This document shows, piece after piece, positions 1 through 9,372 of a stretch of 64,000 nt of DNA (positions are counted from its first letter, which is position 1; each line of letters begins with the position of its first letter). Source of the DNA: a virus; IMG/VR virus record IMGVR_UViG_3300028840_006907, positions 192,001 through 256,000 of that record. One strand, written 5' to 3'. Position numbers and translations under genes: made by a program. The notes below the pieces were generated by a model, which had not been told where the DNA came from, did no database searches, and saw only the letters and a program-made list of their open reading frames with translations.

Positions 1-214
1 ACGGTGCTTCCATTGAAACAAATTTCACTTTCCACGTTCTTAATAGCAATCGTAGCCTTTCTCTTTGGGTAATTAACCGTTGTACCAATAGCCCGTCAAT
101 AGGTCTAGTTTGAAAAACACCTGCTTCCAGGACAGATCTTTTTCCTGTTTTATTTTCATCGAAAACAACCCAGCCTAAATGAGTTATTGATGGGTCTAAT
201 GATACTATGGCCAT
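1..214 (-). CDS. RuvC-like Holliday junction resolvase (partial; 3' end lies beyond window start)
   Basis: Minus-strand ORF from ATG at 214-212 running off the window edge; translation MAIVSLDPSITHLGWVVFDENKTGKRSVLEAGVFQT resembles the RuvC N-terminus (MAIILGIDPG...); AGAGAGG RBS upstream. Confidence 0.5.
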   Translation of the reverse strand, partial: MAIVSLDPSITHLGWVVFDENKTGKRSVLEAGVFQTRPIDGLLVQRLITQRERLRLLLRTWKVKFVSMEAP

Positions 215-269
215 ATAAATAAACCTCTCTGTGCCAATGTGAATTGGCACAGGGTGTTTTAAAAGATTA

Positions 270-899
270 TTAAACCTGATCCAGTACGTTATCCAGATCT
301 AATTTTTGAGTTGGATCACTACCCACAGTACTGGAAATACCAAGGAGGTCATTAATGTCTTCTTGTGATAGATTAGAAGCAATAGACTTTTTAATGAAAT
401 CCCATATGGGTTTCGCTTCATCAAGAATAGCCTGTTTAATATTATCTTTTGCTGTCCAAATAGATTCACTGCAAGGAGTAATATCTAGGTGTTGGTACTC
501 TTCATTTGAACAGGATACTTTGATGTCGTGGGTTGCCAAAGGAAATTCTCCGTTAACTGTTTTTAATTTCAAATAGGTTTGTTCACTGAAAAGCCATGGG
601 TACAATTCATACCCAAATGGCTTTTTGAGATTTCCCATTTTGTCGGTGTTATATTTCACGATAACAGCACCAACTCTCCATTTTGCAGGCCCTAATATCT
701 CACAACATTTTCCTTTTTTACAAAGGAAGAATCTGTCTTTAAAATGAATTTTAGATCCTGCAAACATTGCTTTAGGATCCATATAAACTATGGCCGAACG
801 GTGGACTTCACCTTTTTTGCCTTTGTATTTTTCATACATCCCACCTTTGATGTCCTCATTTTCAAATCCAAAGGTTTCAATTTGGTCACTCATTACCAA
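270..899 (-). CDS. hypothetical protein
   Basis: 209-aa ORF in track, co-oriented and tightly spaced with neighbours; no recognisable motif. Confidence 0.5.
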   Translation of the reverse strand: MVMSDQIETFGFENEDIKGGMYEKYKGKKGEVHRSAIVYMDPKAMFAGSKIHFKDRFFLCKKGKCCEILGPAKWRVGAVIVKYNTDKMGNLKKPFGYELYPWLFSEQTYLKLKTVNGEFPLATHDIKVSCSNEEYQHLDITPCSESIWTAKDNIKQAILDEAKPIWDFIKKSIASNLSQEDINDLLGISSTVGSDPTQKLDLDNVLDQV

Positions 900-920
900 T
901 CTCCTTTTACTCTTTAAAAT

Positions 921-1907
921 TTATGAATAGTTGTTTAGTAAATCATCAATATCGATTCCACTATCGTCGTCAATTTTAATTTTTGGATGGTCTTCTTTTT
1001 GGTTAACGACTTCATTTTTTAGATTTTTTGAAATTTTTTCAGTTTCTTTCTCATCTCCTTTTTGTGAGTCTATTTTACCTCCTTTTTTTTCAATATCTAT
1101 AACCTCATCTAGGTCAACTCCATTTTCTGTATCAGTCATTACACCTTTTTCTATTTCAAAAACTTTTTCTTTATCAATAGACCATTCTTCAACAGGAAGA
1201 TCTTCATCTTCAGTATTTTCATCAGGGCTGATATCGGGTACTGGATCAATTAAATTCTCATCTAAGCTCTCATCTTTTTTCTCTTCTTTTTCTTCAGAAA
1301 AGATATCTTCTACATTGACTGGAATGGAAGGATCTGCTATATCATCTGTTGATTCCTCGGCTAAAGCTTCTTTAAAAGAATCAGAATTTGCCATACTTCT
1401 ACCCATCTCTTCCATTAGACCTTTAGCTGCAGCACTTGTAGCATGACCACTTCCAAGTTTTACCTGTGCTTCCAATACTCTTAATTGCAATCTTATATCT
1501 GCATTAGCCCTAGTTAAATTTCTGATTTTCAAGGTGATTGCTTTCAAAAGATTATTAAGGTCGTTTAATTCATTTTGGTAGTTTTGGACTTTTTCACGAT
1601 CTGATCTTAAAAGAAGATTTGCTTGTGCCTCTCTATCCTTGATATTAGGTAGACTTTTAATAGGTTCTTGGGTTAAGAGAGTATCTTTTTTTAATTCAAA
1701 TTCAGCCGTAGAATTATTGAGAGCTTTCTGCATCACTGATAACTCTTTTTGTACTCGGATACTGAAATGCTCTACTTCCTCGATGTAAGCATGACATTCA
1801 CCGATCTTTTGATTAATCTCCGTAGGGTCGGGGATAGCACTGACGTCTATGTTGAATTTTATCTCAAGCAGACGGTCAAAAATTTTACCTTTATATTTCT
1901 CATCCAT
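921..1907 (-). CDS. hypothetical coiled-coil protein with acidic C-terminal region
   Basis: 328-aa ORF; heptad-like Leu/Asn/Gln-rich central part, D/E-rich tail. Confidence 0.5.
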   Translation of the reverse strand: MDEKYKGKIFDRLLEIKFNIDVSAIPDPTEINQKIGECHAYIEEVEHFSIRVQKELSVMQKALNNSTAEFELKKDTLLTQEPIKSLPNIKDREAQANLLLRSDREKVQNYQNELNDLNNLLKAITLKIRNLTRANADIRLQLRVLEAQVKLGSGHATSAAAKGLMEEMGRSMANSDSFKEALAEESTDDIADPSIPVNVEDIFSEEKEEKKDESLDENLIDPVPDISPDENTEDEDLPVEEWSIDKEKVFEIEKGVMTDTENGVDLDEVIDIEKKGGKIDSQKGDEKETEKISKNLKNEVVNQKEDHPKIKIDDDSGIDIDDLLNNYS

Positions 1908-1948
1908 TTTATGTAGTGCTCCTCTTGGATTTTAAAAGATTATTAATG

Positions 1949-2338
1949 TTATTTTTCTCCTAATTGAATCATCTCTAAAGGAATCGAATCATCTTTTAGA
2001 GAATTTACAAATTCTACTGTTTTCACATCCGTAACTTTTCCAAAGAAATACACAGATTTTATACCTACGGAAACTACTAGAATCATTTCATCGAGGTAAG
2101 GAAAATAAGTAGAGAAAAGGATAAAATTTGACATATCAGCATCTTTAGCACCAAATACAGCATCATGGATAGCCGAAACTTCCCATTTCTTATTTTTAAT
2201 TACCTTTTTATTAAATCCGTAAGACTGAATTTGTCTCCCATCCACTAAAACGGCACCTCTTTTGGGTTCACATATGGAGAGGACACTGGCTCCCCATGCG
2301 ATGTTGGCAAAGAATCTTTTCTCTTTTTTTGTAAGCAT
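1949..2338 (-). CDS. dCMP/cytidine deaminase-like protein, zinc-ligand cysteines replaced (possibly inactive)
   Basis: N-terminus ANIAWGASVLSICEPKRGAVLVDGRQIQSYGFN matches the dCMP deaminase N-terminal pattern; where PCxxC is expected the sequence is FPYLDEM; 94-nt overlap with the upstream helicase ORF. Confidence 0.4.
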   Translation of the reverse strand: MLTKKEKRFFANIAWGASVLSICEPKRGAVLVDGRQIQSYGFNKKVIKNKKWEVSAIHDAVFGAKDADMSNFILFSTYFPYLDEMILVVSVGIKSVYFFGKVTDVKTVEFVNSLKDDSIPLEMIQLGEK

Positions 2339-4524
2339 ATTTTTATGCGTTCTCCTAAATTTGTGTTTCTTCTGTGTACACTCGAATTATTTATGGCTTT
2401 TTCTATAGCAGAACCATGACCTATTACAATTACTTTTGTTTTGGCTCTGGTTATAGCTGTGTACAATAAATTTCGTTGTAGCATATTTCTACCAAATTGA
2501 TTTATGAAAGGAAGTATTATAAAGGGATATTCCTGCCCTTGTGCTCGATGAACGGTGAGAGAATAGGCAAGTCTGACTTTTTCTAGAGCCTCATCAACTC
2601 CAATATCTACGGTTTTTTCAATTAAATCAATGGTGAATTTACCACCTCCAACATGAATAACTTTTCCTACCTCACCATTAAATACAGCTAGTTCATAATC
2701 ATTTTTGATAATTATAACCCTATCTCCCCGTCGAATAATAAATTTACCTACAGTACACTCTGTTTCAGGTCCAGCAGGATTTAATACAGCTTGAAGGCCG
2801 TCATTTAATTCATTTACACTTAACGGCCCTTCGTTACGGGGAGTAATGATTTGAAATAATCTACGTTCGTCTTTAAATTTTTGAGCGATTCTTATTATAA
2901 AATTTTGAATTTTTTCTACATTGTTTTCTCTTATGAAAAAAACATCTGCTTTCGGATCAGGTTTGAATAAACTCAAATCAGTATCACCACTCTTAATTCG
3001 GTGTGCTACTTTGATGATATCGGATGCCTCATCTTGACGGAATATCTGTTCCAGTTTTATAATAGGGATTTGACCACAGTGTATAAGTTCTCTTAAAACA
3101 TTTCCAGCACCGACTGAAGGTAATTGATTATTATCTCCAACGAGGATAAGATGTACACGATTTCTTAGAGCTGATAGAAGTCTATAAAAAACTTCCTGAT
3201 CGATCATTGAACTTTCATCTAGAATTACAACATCTGTTTCATATTTATTATGCTCACCGAATAACCAATCATCACCTCGGAATCCCAACCGTCTATGTAT
3301 CGTATACGCCCTGTAATTAATTGTAGTCTCCATTTTCTTAGCTGAAATACCTGTAGGGGCCATACAGGTCAGGTCTAGTTTTAGGCGCTTTATGAGGCTT
3401 ACAACGGCCTTTAACACTGTAGTTTTTCCCGCACCGGGAAGTCCTGTAATAACAAAAACTTTTTTCTCTACAAAATAATAAAGTGCTTTCCTTTGCTCCT
3501 CACTTAATGTAAAGCCGTTTTCGTGTTCAAATTGAGTGATGTGTTCATCAACCGATTTTCGATTCAGAAAAATAAGATCTGATTCTTTTTTAATAATTTT
3601 ACATATTTTTGATGCTGACAAGACTTCAGACATATAACATGATTTTGAGTATAATGATCCTAAATCTTTTACAATTTTCTGATCATCAATAAGATGTTTA
3701 ATATGAATTAAAATATCTGTTACGGTTATGGTTTTCTTATCTATAAAGGTTGTGTTTGTCTCTCGACTGAATCTGTTGATAAGATCTACTGTGTCTTCAA
3801 TGGTAAGAAAAAGATGACCATTGGCAGGACAAAGGACATTTAATGAGTATAATATAAATGCTACTAATCTTGTTGGATCATTTTCTGGAATCCCTAATTG
3901 CCGTGCTATAAAATCAGCAGTACTAAAACCGAATCCTTCTATTTCTGTAAGAAGATACGGATTTTCTCTGATTCTTTCTTCAGCTTCGAGTCCACCTCCA
4001 AAATATCTGAGGATTTTTTTAACTCTTCTTTCTCTAATGCCAAGTGAATTTAAAAAGGCTCTTAAACTATAATCTTGACGCTCTTTCTTCCAGCGATTTC
4101 GGTTAGTTACCCAGGCTTCTGCCAGACTTTCAGCGGAAATTTTACCTATACCTTCAACTTCAATTAAACGAGCTGGTTCAGTATCGAGAACAGTGATAGT
4201 CTCACTGCCAAAATGTTTAACAATTGCCTGAGCCCTTTCGGGTCCTATATTAGGGGATATTGCACCTATAAATAATTCAATACTTTTTATTTCTTCAACA
4301 TTATGGGAAATCGTGAATGAAGTAACTTTGAAATTAGTTCCATACTTATGATGCTTTTTATAATCACCATGGAAATTAGCGACAGTACCACTAACTACTT
4401 CAGGGCCGAATTCACCGATAACAGTAATAACTGGTCCAGATGGTATCCTGACCTTCATTACTTTGAATCCGGATTCTTCATTTTGGAAGATAATTCTTTT
4501 TACTGTACCTTTAACTGTTTCCAA
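2245..4524 (-). CDS. RecD-like SF1 ATP-dependent DNA helicase
   Basis: 759 aa; Walker A GLPGAGKTT, Walker B VVILDESSMID, C-terminal TRAKTKVIVIG-type motif of RecD/TraA family. Confidence 0.8.
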   Translation of the reverse strand: METVKGTVKRIIFQNEESGFKVMKVRIPSGPVITVIGEFGPEVVSGTVANFHGDYKKHHKYGTNFKVTSFTISHNVEEIKSIELFIGAISPNIGPERAQAIVKHFGSETITVLDTEPARLIEVEGIGKISAESLAEAWVTNRNRWKKERQDYSLRAFLNSLGIRERRVKKILRYFGGGLEAEERIRENPYLLTEIEGFGFSTADFIARQLGIPENDPTRLVAFILYSLNVLCPANGHLFLTIEDTVDLINRFSRETNTTFIDKKTITVTDILIHIKHLIDDQKIVKDLGSLYSKSCYMSEVLSASKICKIIKKESDLIFLNRKSVDEHITQFEHENGFTLSEEQRKALYYFVEKKVFVITGLPGAGKTTVLKAVVSLIKRLKLDLTCMAPTGISAKKMETTINYRAYTIHRRLGFRGDDWLFGEHNKYETDVVILDESSMIDQEVFYRLLSALRNRVHLILVGDNNQLPSVGAGNVLRELIHCGQIPIIKLEQIFRQDEASDIIKVAHRIKSGDTDLSLFKPDPKADVFFIRENNVEKIQNFIIRIAQKFKDERRLFQIITPRNEGPLSVNELNDGLQAVLNPAGPETECTVGKFIIRRGDRVIIIKNDYELAVFNGEVGKVIHVGGGKFTIDLIEKTVDIGVDEALEKVRLAYSLTVHRAQGQEYPFIILPFINQFGRNMLQRNLLYTAITRAKTKVIVIGHGSAIEKAINNSSVHRRNTNLGERIKICLQKKRKDSLPTSHGEPVSSPYVNPKEVPF

Positions 4525-4526
4525 GC

Positions 4527-6488
4527 CTACTCTTCTTCGTCAAATAGTGAATAACTTTCGTATTTTATTTTTTTGTTCTCAACTTTAGTTGTTTCTGGTT
4601 CCGGTTTAGGAGTATCTCCAGTTATACCTAACATCTCAAGGAAAATTTTTTCATTAATTACCTGAACTCCGTATTTCTCAGCTTTCTGGGATTTGTTTGA
4701 ACCTTTATCTTCATTACAAACCAAATATGATAAATTTTTAACAACGGAATTCTTATTAGTACCACCATTTTCTTTCACTAATCCTTGGTAATGCCCACGT
4801 GGATGTTCCATTGATCCGGTAAAACAAAAAGACAGTCCGTCCAGAATACCTTTTTTCTCTTCTTCAACAGTAATGACTTTAAGTAATTCTGTGATCTCAG
4901 ATTTATATTTGATTAATCCCATGACTACATTATTTGCTGAAATGTCAGAAAATCCTTTTAAGGCTTTTATATCATCCACACTTTTTTCCATTAAATTCTC
5001 TATTGTACCAAATGCCTTTATTAATTCTTCTGAGGTTCCTTCAGATATCCCAGGGATTCCTAGAGCAGATAAAAACACAACAGGGGTAAGAGTATATGTT
5101 TTATCAATATTATTCATGACTTTTTGAGCAGATTTTTTACCCCATTTTTCAATTACAGCTATATCCTCTTCTTGAAGTCTGTATATATCGAAAATTTTAT
5201 TCAGTTTCCCAGCTTCACTTAATTTGTCAGCTAAGCTTTCACCAAATTCCTCTATTTTAGTAACTTTGATCCAATTTAAAATTCGGTAGAATATTTTTTT
5301 GGGACAATCATCATTTTCACATATGAGTTTGATACCATCATTAAGAAGCTTAGAATTACAGCTAGGGCACTCTGTTGGGATCTCAATAGGGTTACCCATA
5401 TGAGTAAGAACTTTGGTTATCTTTGGGATTATATCCCCGGCTTTAACTACCATTACAACATCACTACGACCTATACCAAGTCTCTTTATTTCGGCAATAT
5501 TATGCAAGGTTGCTTTTTTAACTTCTGACCCATCGATTATTACTGGTTCCAAGTGAGCCAGAGGTGTAACTACTCCTGTTCTCCCTACTTCCCATGTTTC
5601 TTCATTGAATATTGTAGCTGCACCAGGGGGTTCGAATTTCCAGGCTATTTGGGCTTTAGGTCTGTTTCTGGTAACACCCATTTTTTTCTGAACTTGGTAA
5701 GAGTTCACTTTTATGACAGCACCATCAATATCGAAAGGAAGTTTTTCTCGTTCTACAGCTATTTTTTCGAAAGCATCTACGATTTCCTCTTTTTTACCCA
5801 CTACAGTGAAAGGAATGTTAAACCCAAGTTCATCAAGTCGTTTTATTTTATCCTGTTCATCAAGAGGTTCTGTTAAATCATATGCCATTAAGAATAGGTA
5901 TTTACTGAATTTTCCATCCAGTCTTCTACTAATACCAGAAGCAGCATTTCGTGGATTACTATATTTATCATTTTCAGATAAAACTGTATTGATTTCTTTG
6001 AAATGAGTTTTACTTAATAATATTTCAGCTCTAACAGATCCGGTAAAGTCAGGCATTTCAGATCTTAATACTTTCATATGATCTACATTCTCTTTTATAT
6101 TTTCCCCAGTAGTACCATCACCTCTGGTAATAGCTTTGACCAGTTTCGATTCTTCGTGATCAAGAGAGAGGCTTAATCCATCTAATTTATACTGTAAGAT
6201 ATAAACAGTATCAGGTTTGAATTTCGATGCCCACTTGATAAATTCTTCTTTACTATGTACTTTTTCAAGGCTACCCATGAATATACCATGTTTAGCTTTT
6301 TCCCAATGGGAGGATGGCTCATGACCTACCTTTTCAAAGTAAGGGTGATTAGGAGCCTGTTTTTTAACAAGTGCTCTTAAAGTATCATACTCTTCATCAG
6401 TCATAATTGGATGACCAGAAGATTCATAGGCTTTATCTGCAGCAATAAGTTTATTTATGCTTAATTGTATATCTATCTGTTTTCCCAT
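4527..6488 (-). CDS. ligA: NAD-dependent DNA ligase
   Basis: 653 aa; adenylation motif YKLDGLS (KxDG), Cys4 zinc finger CPSCNS...CENDDCP, HhH region, C-terminal BRCT-like LDGLSFCFTG. Confidence 0.9.
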   Translation of the reverse strand: MGKQIDIQLSINKLIAADKAYESSGHPIMTDEEYDTLRALVKKQAPNHPYFEKVGHEPSSHWEKAKHGIFMGSLEKVHSKEEFIKWASKFKPDTVYILQYKLDGLSLSLDHEESKLVKAITRGDGTTGENIKENVDHMKVLRSEMPDFTGSVRAEILLSKTHFKEINTVLSENDKYSNPRNAASGISRRLDGKFSKYLFLMAYDLTEPLDEQDKIKRLDELGFNIPFTVVGKKEEIVDAFEKIAVEREKLPFDIDGAVIKVNSYQVQKKMGVTRNRPKAQIAWKFEPPGAATIFNEETWEVGRTGVVTPLAHLEPVIIDGSEVKKATLHNIAEIKRLGIGRSDVVMVVKAGDIIPKITKVLTHMGNPIEIPTECPSCNSKLLNDGIKLICENDDCPKKIFYRILNWIKVTKIEEFGESLADKLSEAGKLNKIFDIYRLQEEDIAVIEKWGKKSAQKVMNNIDKTYTLTPVVFLSALGIPGISEGTSEELIKAFGTIENLMEKSVDDIKALKGFSDISANNVVMGLIKYKSEITELLKVITVEEEKKGILDGLSFCFTGSMEHPRGHYQGLVKENGGTNKNSVVKNLSYLVCNEDKGSNKSQKAEKYGVQVINEKIFLEMLGITGDTPKPEPETTKVENKKIKYESYSLFDEEE

Positions 6489-6805
6489 TATTCTCCCTCG
6501 TCGTTATCGGTGTCATCATCATCTATATCAATTAAGATGTAACTGAATTGATCAAGTGTTTGTAAAGAGTGCCCAATTAATTTTGTTATATAATCTAAAA
6601 GTTTTTCCTTTAAAGGATCTTCCGATTTAAGAATGGTATAAGAATCTAGTGATTTACCAAATACATCGGATATAGATTTCAGTTTAAACTTCACAGCATC
6701 TAAAACCTGAAGTAAAGAATCGTTGTTCTGTTGGTCACTATTAAGTTTTTCCATATACTCCTTAAATTTATCATCCCCATATTCAGGGTCATTATTATTA
6801 CTCAT
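6488..6805 (-). CDS. hypothetical acidic protein
   Basis: 105-aa ORF ending in a D/E run; start overlaps ligase stop. Confidence 0.5.
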   Translation of the reverse strand: MSNNNDPEYGDDKFKEYMEKLNSDQQNNDSLLQVLDAVKFKLKSISDVFGKSLDSYTILKSEDPLKEKLLDYITKLIGHSLQTLDQFSYILIDIDDDDTDNDEGE

Positions 6806-7085
6806 TTTTGTCTATTCCTTTAAAATTGATAGAAGCTATCCTATATAATGATATGGAACTAACAAGGGTTTTCGATAAGTAAAAAATAAAAAAAGTTTTT
6901 AAGTCTAATGGTTTGAGTAAGTTACAAGAGGTAATTTTAGGTTTAAAAAAACCATGTTTTTTGATAAGAATATATAATATAGAGTATAAATAATCCTGTT
7001 TTTATGATTTACTAAAAAAGTAATTAATATAAATAGCTATATGAATATGTATATATGAATATAGTTATTTATTTTTTCCTGAATA

Positions 7086-7149
7086 AGGAAAAGTAAAATA
7101 AAAAAGAACAGAAAAATAGTAGTAGAAGAAGAGAGGAATGAGGATTAAA
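7086..7149. repeat. 64-bp direct repeat, copy 1
   Basis: AGGAAAAGTAAAATAAAAAAGAACAGAAAAATAGTAGTAGAAGAAGAGAGGAATGAGGATTAAA, identical to 8187-8250. Confidence 0.9.
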
Positions 7150-7395
7150 AAAGATATAGATGATATAAAAAGAACCAATATAATGAATTTAATAGTAAAA
7201 ATAAAAATTTAAGTCACCAATATAATGAATAAACTTATGAACAAAGTAAAAATATAACCTATAAAATCTTCAAAAAAAGTTAAATCATAACCTTATTTAT
7301 TCGAACCAGTTATAACAAAAAAAATAAAACCTTAAAAATTTTACTTATCACTTTACCTTTCTAACTTTGTATAAATAGTAGGAGGTAAATTTGAA

Positions 7396-7770
7396 ATGAA
7401 CACAATTTTTATCACAGGTTTGGATAAAATCTCTATTAAAAGATTCATCCAATTTATTCTAAAATACTTAAATGATTACCAAGTTGGTACACTTCATTAC
7501 TTAATGAGTGAAGAGAGCATAAACTATTACATCGAAGATTTTTCAAATAAATTTCAAAAAAGGATCTTCTCTTACTTCTTAAGGAAATCAGGAGATTCTA
7601 TACCCAATCTTCCTACTTCAATAACTGATAGTGCTGATCTTATCATATGGTTTGATTTATACAGTACTAAACCAATAGTTAAACAGAGTAAGACAGAACC
7701 GCATATTCTTAAAGGGGCTCTTATGGATTGGGCAAGACACATAGAGAAATTAGAGAAAGGGGGATTGTAG
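7396..7770 (+). CDS. hypothetical protein
   Basis: 124-aa ORF preceded by strong RBS TAGGAGGT 7-8 nt before ATG. Confidence 0.55.
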   Translation: MNTIFITGLDKISIKRFIQFILKYLNDYQVGTLHYLMSEESINYYIEDFSNKFQKRIFSYFLRKSGDSIPNLPTSITDSADLIIWFDLYSTKPIVKQSKTEPHILKGALMDWARHIEKLEKGGL

Positions 7771-8160
7771 AAAGCCAGTTTGAGGAGGATATTAGGGCTC
7801 AACCCTGTTTGAGGACCACCGGGGCACACGAGGCCGTTGTAACGATGTAAGTCGGTAGTGCCGTGTCATTTAGGAGTTCGATCCAGGGGGATAGATCGTG
7901 CCATGACTCCTGTCAGTATACCGTCATAGGTAAAACCGAGTTACTCAAGATATATTATACCGGTCTGAAGGGTTCATCAAACATGAGAAGTTTACATGGG
8001 TACAAGCCGTTTCTAAGAGTACCTCAAAATTGAATTTTAGCTGTTTTAGGAAACAAAGCCTTACTATGCATGTAGTAAGCGAAATGTCGCAGGCTCGTGC
8101 CTCGCTAGTGACCCAGCGGGGATGGTGAAGACAGAAAGGTGCATTAAAATTGAGTAATAG
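7771..8160 (+). ncRNA. candidate structured noncoding RNA (family unassigned; strand uncertain)
   Basis: ~390 nt noticeably GC-richer than surroundings, no convincing ORF, long-range complementarity (GGCACACGAGGC near 7820 with GCCTCGTGCC near 8090), local hairpins (AGGAGT...ACTCCT). Confidence 0.3.
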
Positions 8161-8186
8161 ATGTATCAATAAATAAAAAAATCAAT

Positions 8187-8250
8187 AGGAAAAGTAAAAT
8201 AAAAAAGAACAGAAAAATAGTAGTAGAAGAAGAGAGGAATGAGGATTAAA
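8187..8250. repeat. 64-bp direct repeat, copy 2
   Basis: Exact copy of 7086-7149, 1101 bp downstream. Confidence 0.9.
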
Positions 8251-8376
8251 TAGTGAATTAAATCAATGAGTTACAGTGAGTGCTACTGTGTAATTTAAAG
8301 CGGATTTAAATTTAAAATTAGTACTAAAAAATACAGTATAGTCTAAAAATAAAGGACTATTTATTAGGAATAAATT

Positions 8377-8559
8377 ATGTGTAATGGTTTATCTATTAAG
8401 GAAGATTTACCTAAAGTTGATATCCATGTTGAGTGTGACTGTGGAGAAGAATTAGACATCGATTTACATGGATGGAGTCTGTCTGTGTACGGTGGACTAG
8501 TATTTAAATGCCCTTCCTGTGAGTCAGAAATAAAGACCTATATGGTAGAGAGTGTGTGA
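8377..8559 (+). CDS. small zinc-ribbon protein
   Basis: 60 aa with CDCG...CPSC cysteine pairs. Confidence 0.45.
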   Translation: MCNGLSIKEDLPKVDIHVECDCGEELDIDLHGWSLSVYGGLVFKCPSCESEIKTYMVESV

Positions 8560-9367
8560 TACAGTTATGTGGAAACAAGATATAATACATGAGTTATTTA
8601 AAGAGACGATTAAAGTTAAAGGTGTTTTATACAAAATGGATATAGGAGAAGCTTATCCTCATGTCAAAGAGGGTCTCCCTATTTTAAAAGAATTCCTTCC
8701 AAAAACTGATTGTTATTACATGGGTACTCTTGATCTTACTGTGAAACTTATGGGTCAGTTTGAGAAGAATGCAGAACAAATGAAGTCAAATTATGATTAT
8801 GAAAACATACATTTTCCAAAGAAATATACTTTATGGGAATACTCTCTTCCTAAAGGAGGAAGGCATGGTATCAAAAAAGAGGCTCTGTATGTTTTAGATG
8901 AAGATAATAAAATATTCATTTGGCCGTTAATTTTTAGTCCAGAATTTAAAATATGGATTCCAGGTATGTATTGGGTATTTCTTTTTAAGAATCCTGCAGG
9001 TACGATGAAATTAGTGGGTCCAAATGATTTAAAAGAAGAAGAGATAGAGGATTTTGAAGAGACAGGACGGCGAGTTGTGTCTTATGTTCTAACCTTTTTG
9101 AAGATATTATCTTGTAAAAATGTAAAACAAGAAACCGTGACTTCTTATTTAACAAAACAGAAAAGGTACGGTAATAGACCTCTTTACCCTTATAAAATGG
9201 TGAGAGTTAAATCTATTAAATCGTATGAAGAGGATCCTGATTCTTCTGATTATGAAAACATTAGCTTCTGTCGTGGGCATTTTAAACAATATTTCCCAGA
9301 TAAACCGTTATTAGGAAAGTATACAGGTCTTTATTGGTGGGATCCTCATTTGCGGGAGGATGAGTAA
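8552..9367 (+). CDS. hypothetical protein
   Basis: 271-aa ORF, overlapping start with upstream stop. Confidence 0.5.
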   Translation: MCDTVMWKQDIIHELFKETIKVKGVLYKMDIGEAYPHVKEGLPILKEFLPKTDCYYMGTLDLTVKLMGQFEKNAEQMKSNYDYENIHFPKKYTLWEYSLPKGGRHGIKKEALYVLDEDNKIFIWPLIFSPEFKIWIPGMYWVFLFKNPAGTMKLVGPNDLKEEEIEDFEETGRRVVSYVLTFLKILSCKNVKQETVTSYLTKQKRYGNRPLYPYKMVRVKSIKSYEEDPDSSDYENISFCRGHFKQYFPDKPLLGKYTGLYWWDPHLREDE

Positions 9368-9372
9368 AGAAA

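Noticed and set aside
4873-6006. Plus-strand ORFs (4873-5127, 5553-5876, 5713-6006) inside the ligase gene
   Set aside because: Antisense to a high-confidence ligase CDS; low-complexity Ser/Phe-rich translations.
7771-8160. tmRNA or RNase P RNA identity for the GC-rich element
   Set aside because: No recognisable tRNA-like acceptor/T-arm with CCA, no tag-peptide frame ending in hydrophobic residues, and no clear RNase P conserved regions; left as unassigned structured RNA.
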